Shown: positions 63,062-64,000 of the stretch, piece by piece
Layout of the letters: each line of letters opens with the position of its first letter
How positions within the stretch are numbered: position 1 is the stretch's first letter
From: Octopus sinensis
Taxonomy: Eukaryota
DNA length: 64,000 nucleotides
Direction: 5' to 3'
Assembly (NCBI RefSeq): GCF_006345805.1
Contig: NC_043003.1
Location: 105,586,001-105,650,000, forward strand
Program-made: the position numbers and the translations under genes
Notes under the pieces: generated by a model
Told to the model about the DNA's origin: nothing
The model's database searches: none
Seen by the model: the letters and a program-made list of their open reading frames with translations, nothing else

Positions 63062-64000
63062 GAAAGAAGTTTCAATTAGAACCTGATCGCTGGTTTTATT
63101 CACTTATTACTTATGCCCCATGTCACTCATGCGTCCACCATAATATTGCCACACCCACTTAGAAAAACACAGGTTTTCACCTAAGTAATTACCATATTCT
63201 ACTGATCAGTGGGGTATTCCTATTGCTCAAAGTAAGAAAAAATAATAATAATAATAAACATTCATGCTATTGTAGAAAGTTTAAATCGGGGTTGGTGTAT
63301 AATAAACAGTAAGTGAACTGAGTTAAAAACCTGCTAAAAGCTCTTGTCTCTCTCTGATATATATATTGCAATTTTAATACAGAACATCCACAAGAGATGT
63401 TATATCAGGACAAATACCACAGTAACTGGCCTATCGACAGTGTATATGCATTAAATATGATACATAGATGGATATAGTTTGTGATGAATACATATTTCAT
63501 GATGGAAATAATGATTTCTAATATAGACACAAGGCCACAAAATTATGCAGGGTGAGAATTATAGTCAATTAACTTAACTATAATACTTGAGTGATACTGT
63601 ATTCCATTGATTTCAAAAATGTGTAAGAATGATTTGATCTCAAAATGCAAACAACCATAACCAAGTATTGCATTTTGTTTGCTTCATGATGTAAATAACG
63701 AAAAACATCTTATTTTTTCACTCTAGATATGGAAATGTTATAAAACCTCCTGAACATCTAACACTTGGAGAATAATTTTATTTCATATTTTAGTGAGAAC
63801 TAATTCTGATTTTAAAAGGAAAATTTAACTATTTAAAATTTTTAAGACTTGTTAAATTTTGGATTTTTCAGAATTATTAATACCAAAATATTGAAAGTTG
63901 CTTTCTCCATCTGTATTACAGGAAAATAATAAAAGAACTAAGGACCCTTTATTATTTTCCTCTTTCTATAATAAAATATCTACTTATCTTCATTTCATTA

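Overview
AT-rich eukaryotic genomic DNA, very probably octopus (inferred from the tRNA-derived SINE families, RTE 3' ends and extreme (TA)n/(CA)n density). One host gene can be built: a five-coding-exon plus-strand gene (8555-28386) for a 146-aa protein with a signal peptide, 8 mature cysteines and a probable GPI anchor, of no family I recognise. The rest is mostly mobile DNA: RTE and CR1 LINE fragments, mariner/Tc1 remnants, piggyBac-type MITEs, dozens of SINEs and microsatellites. The most notable signal is a set of Penelope-like (PLE) fold-back elements carrying minimal type-I hammerhead ribozyme motifs. Four well-formed minus-strand motifs (3941-3982, 40256-40306, 47612-47672, 62406-62448) come from unrelated sequence families. 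They show four different states of the core 3-8 tertiary pair (U-A, G-C, C-G, U-G), all have a short (near-)palindromic stem III of dimer type, and all have U at the cleavage position 17. Everything was read by eye: element boundaries are approximate unless stated, and no database search or folding program was run.
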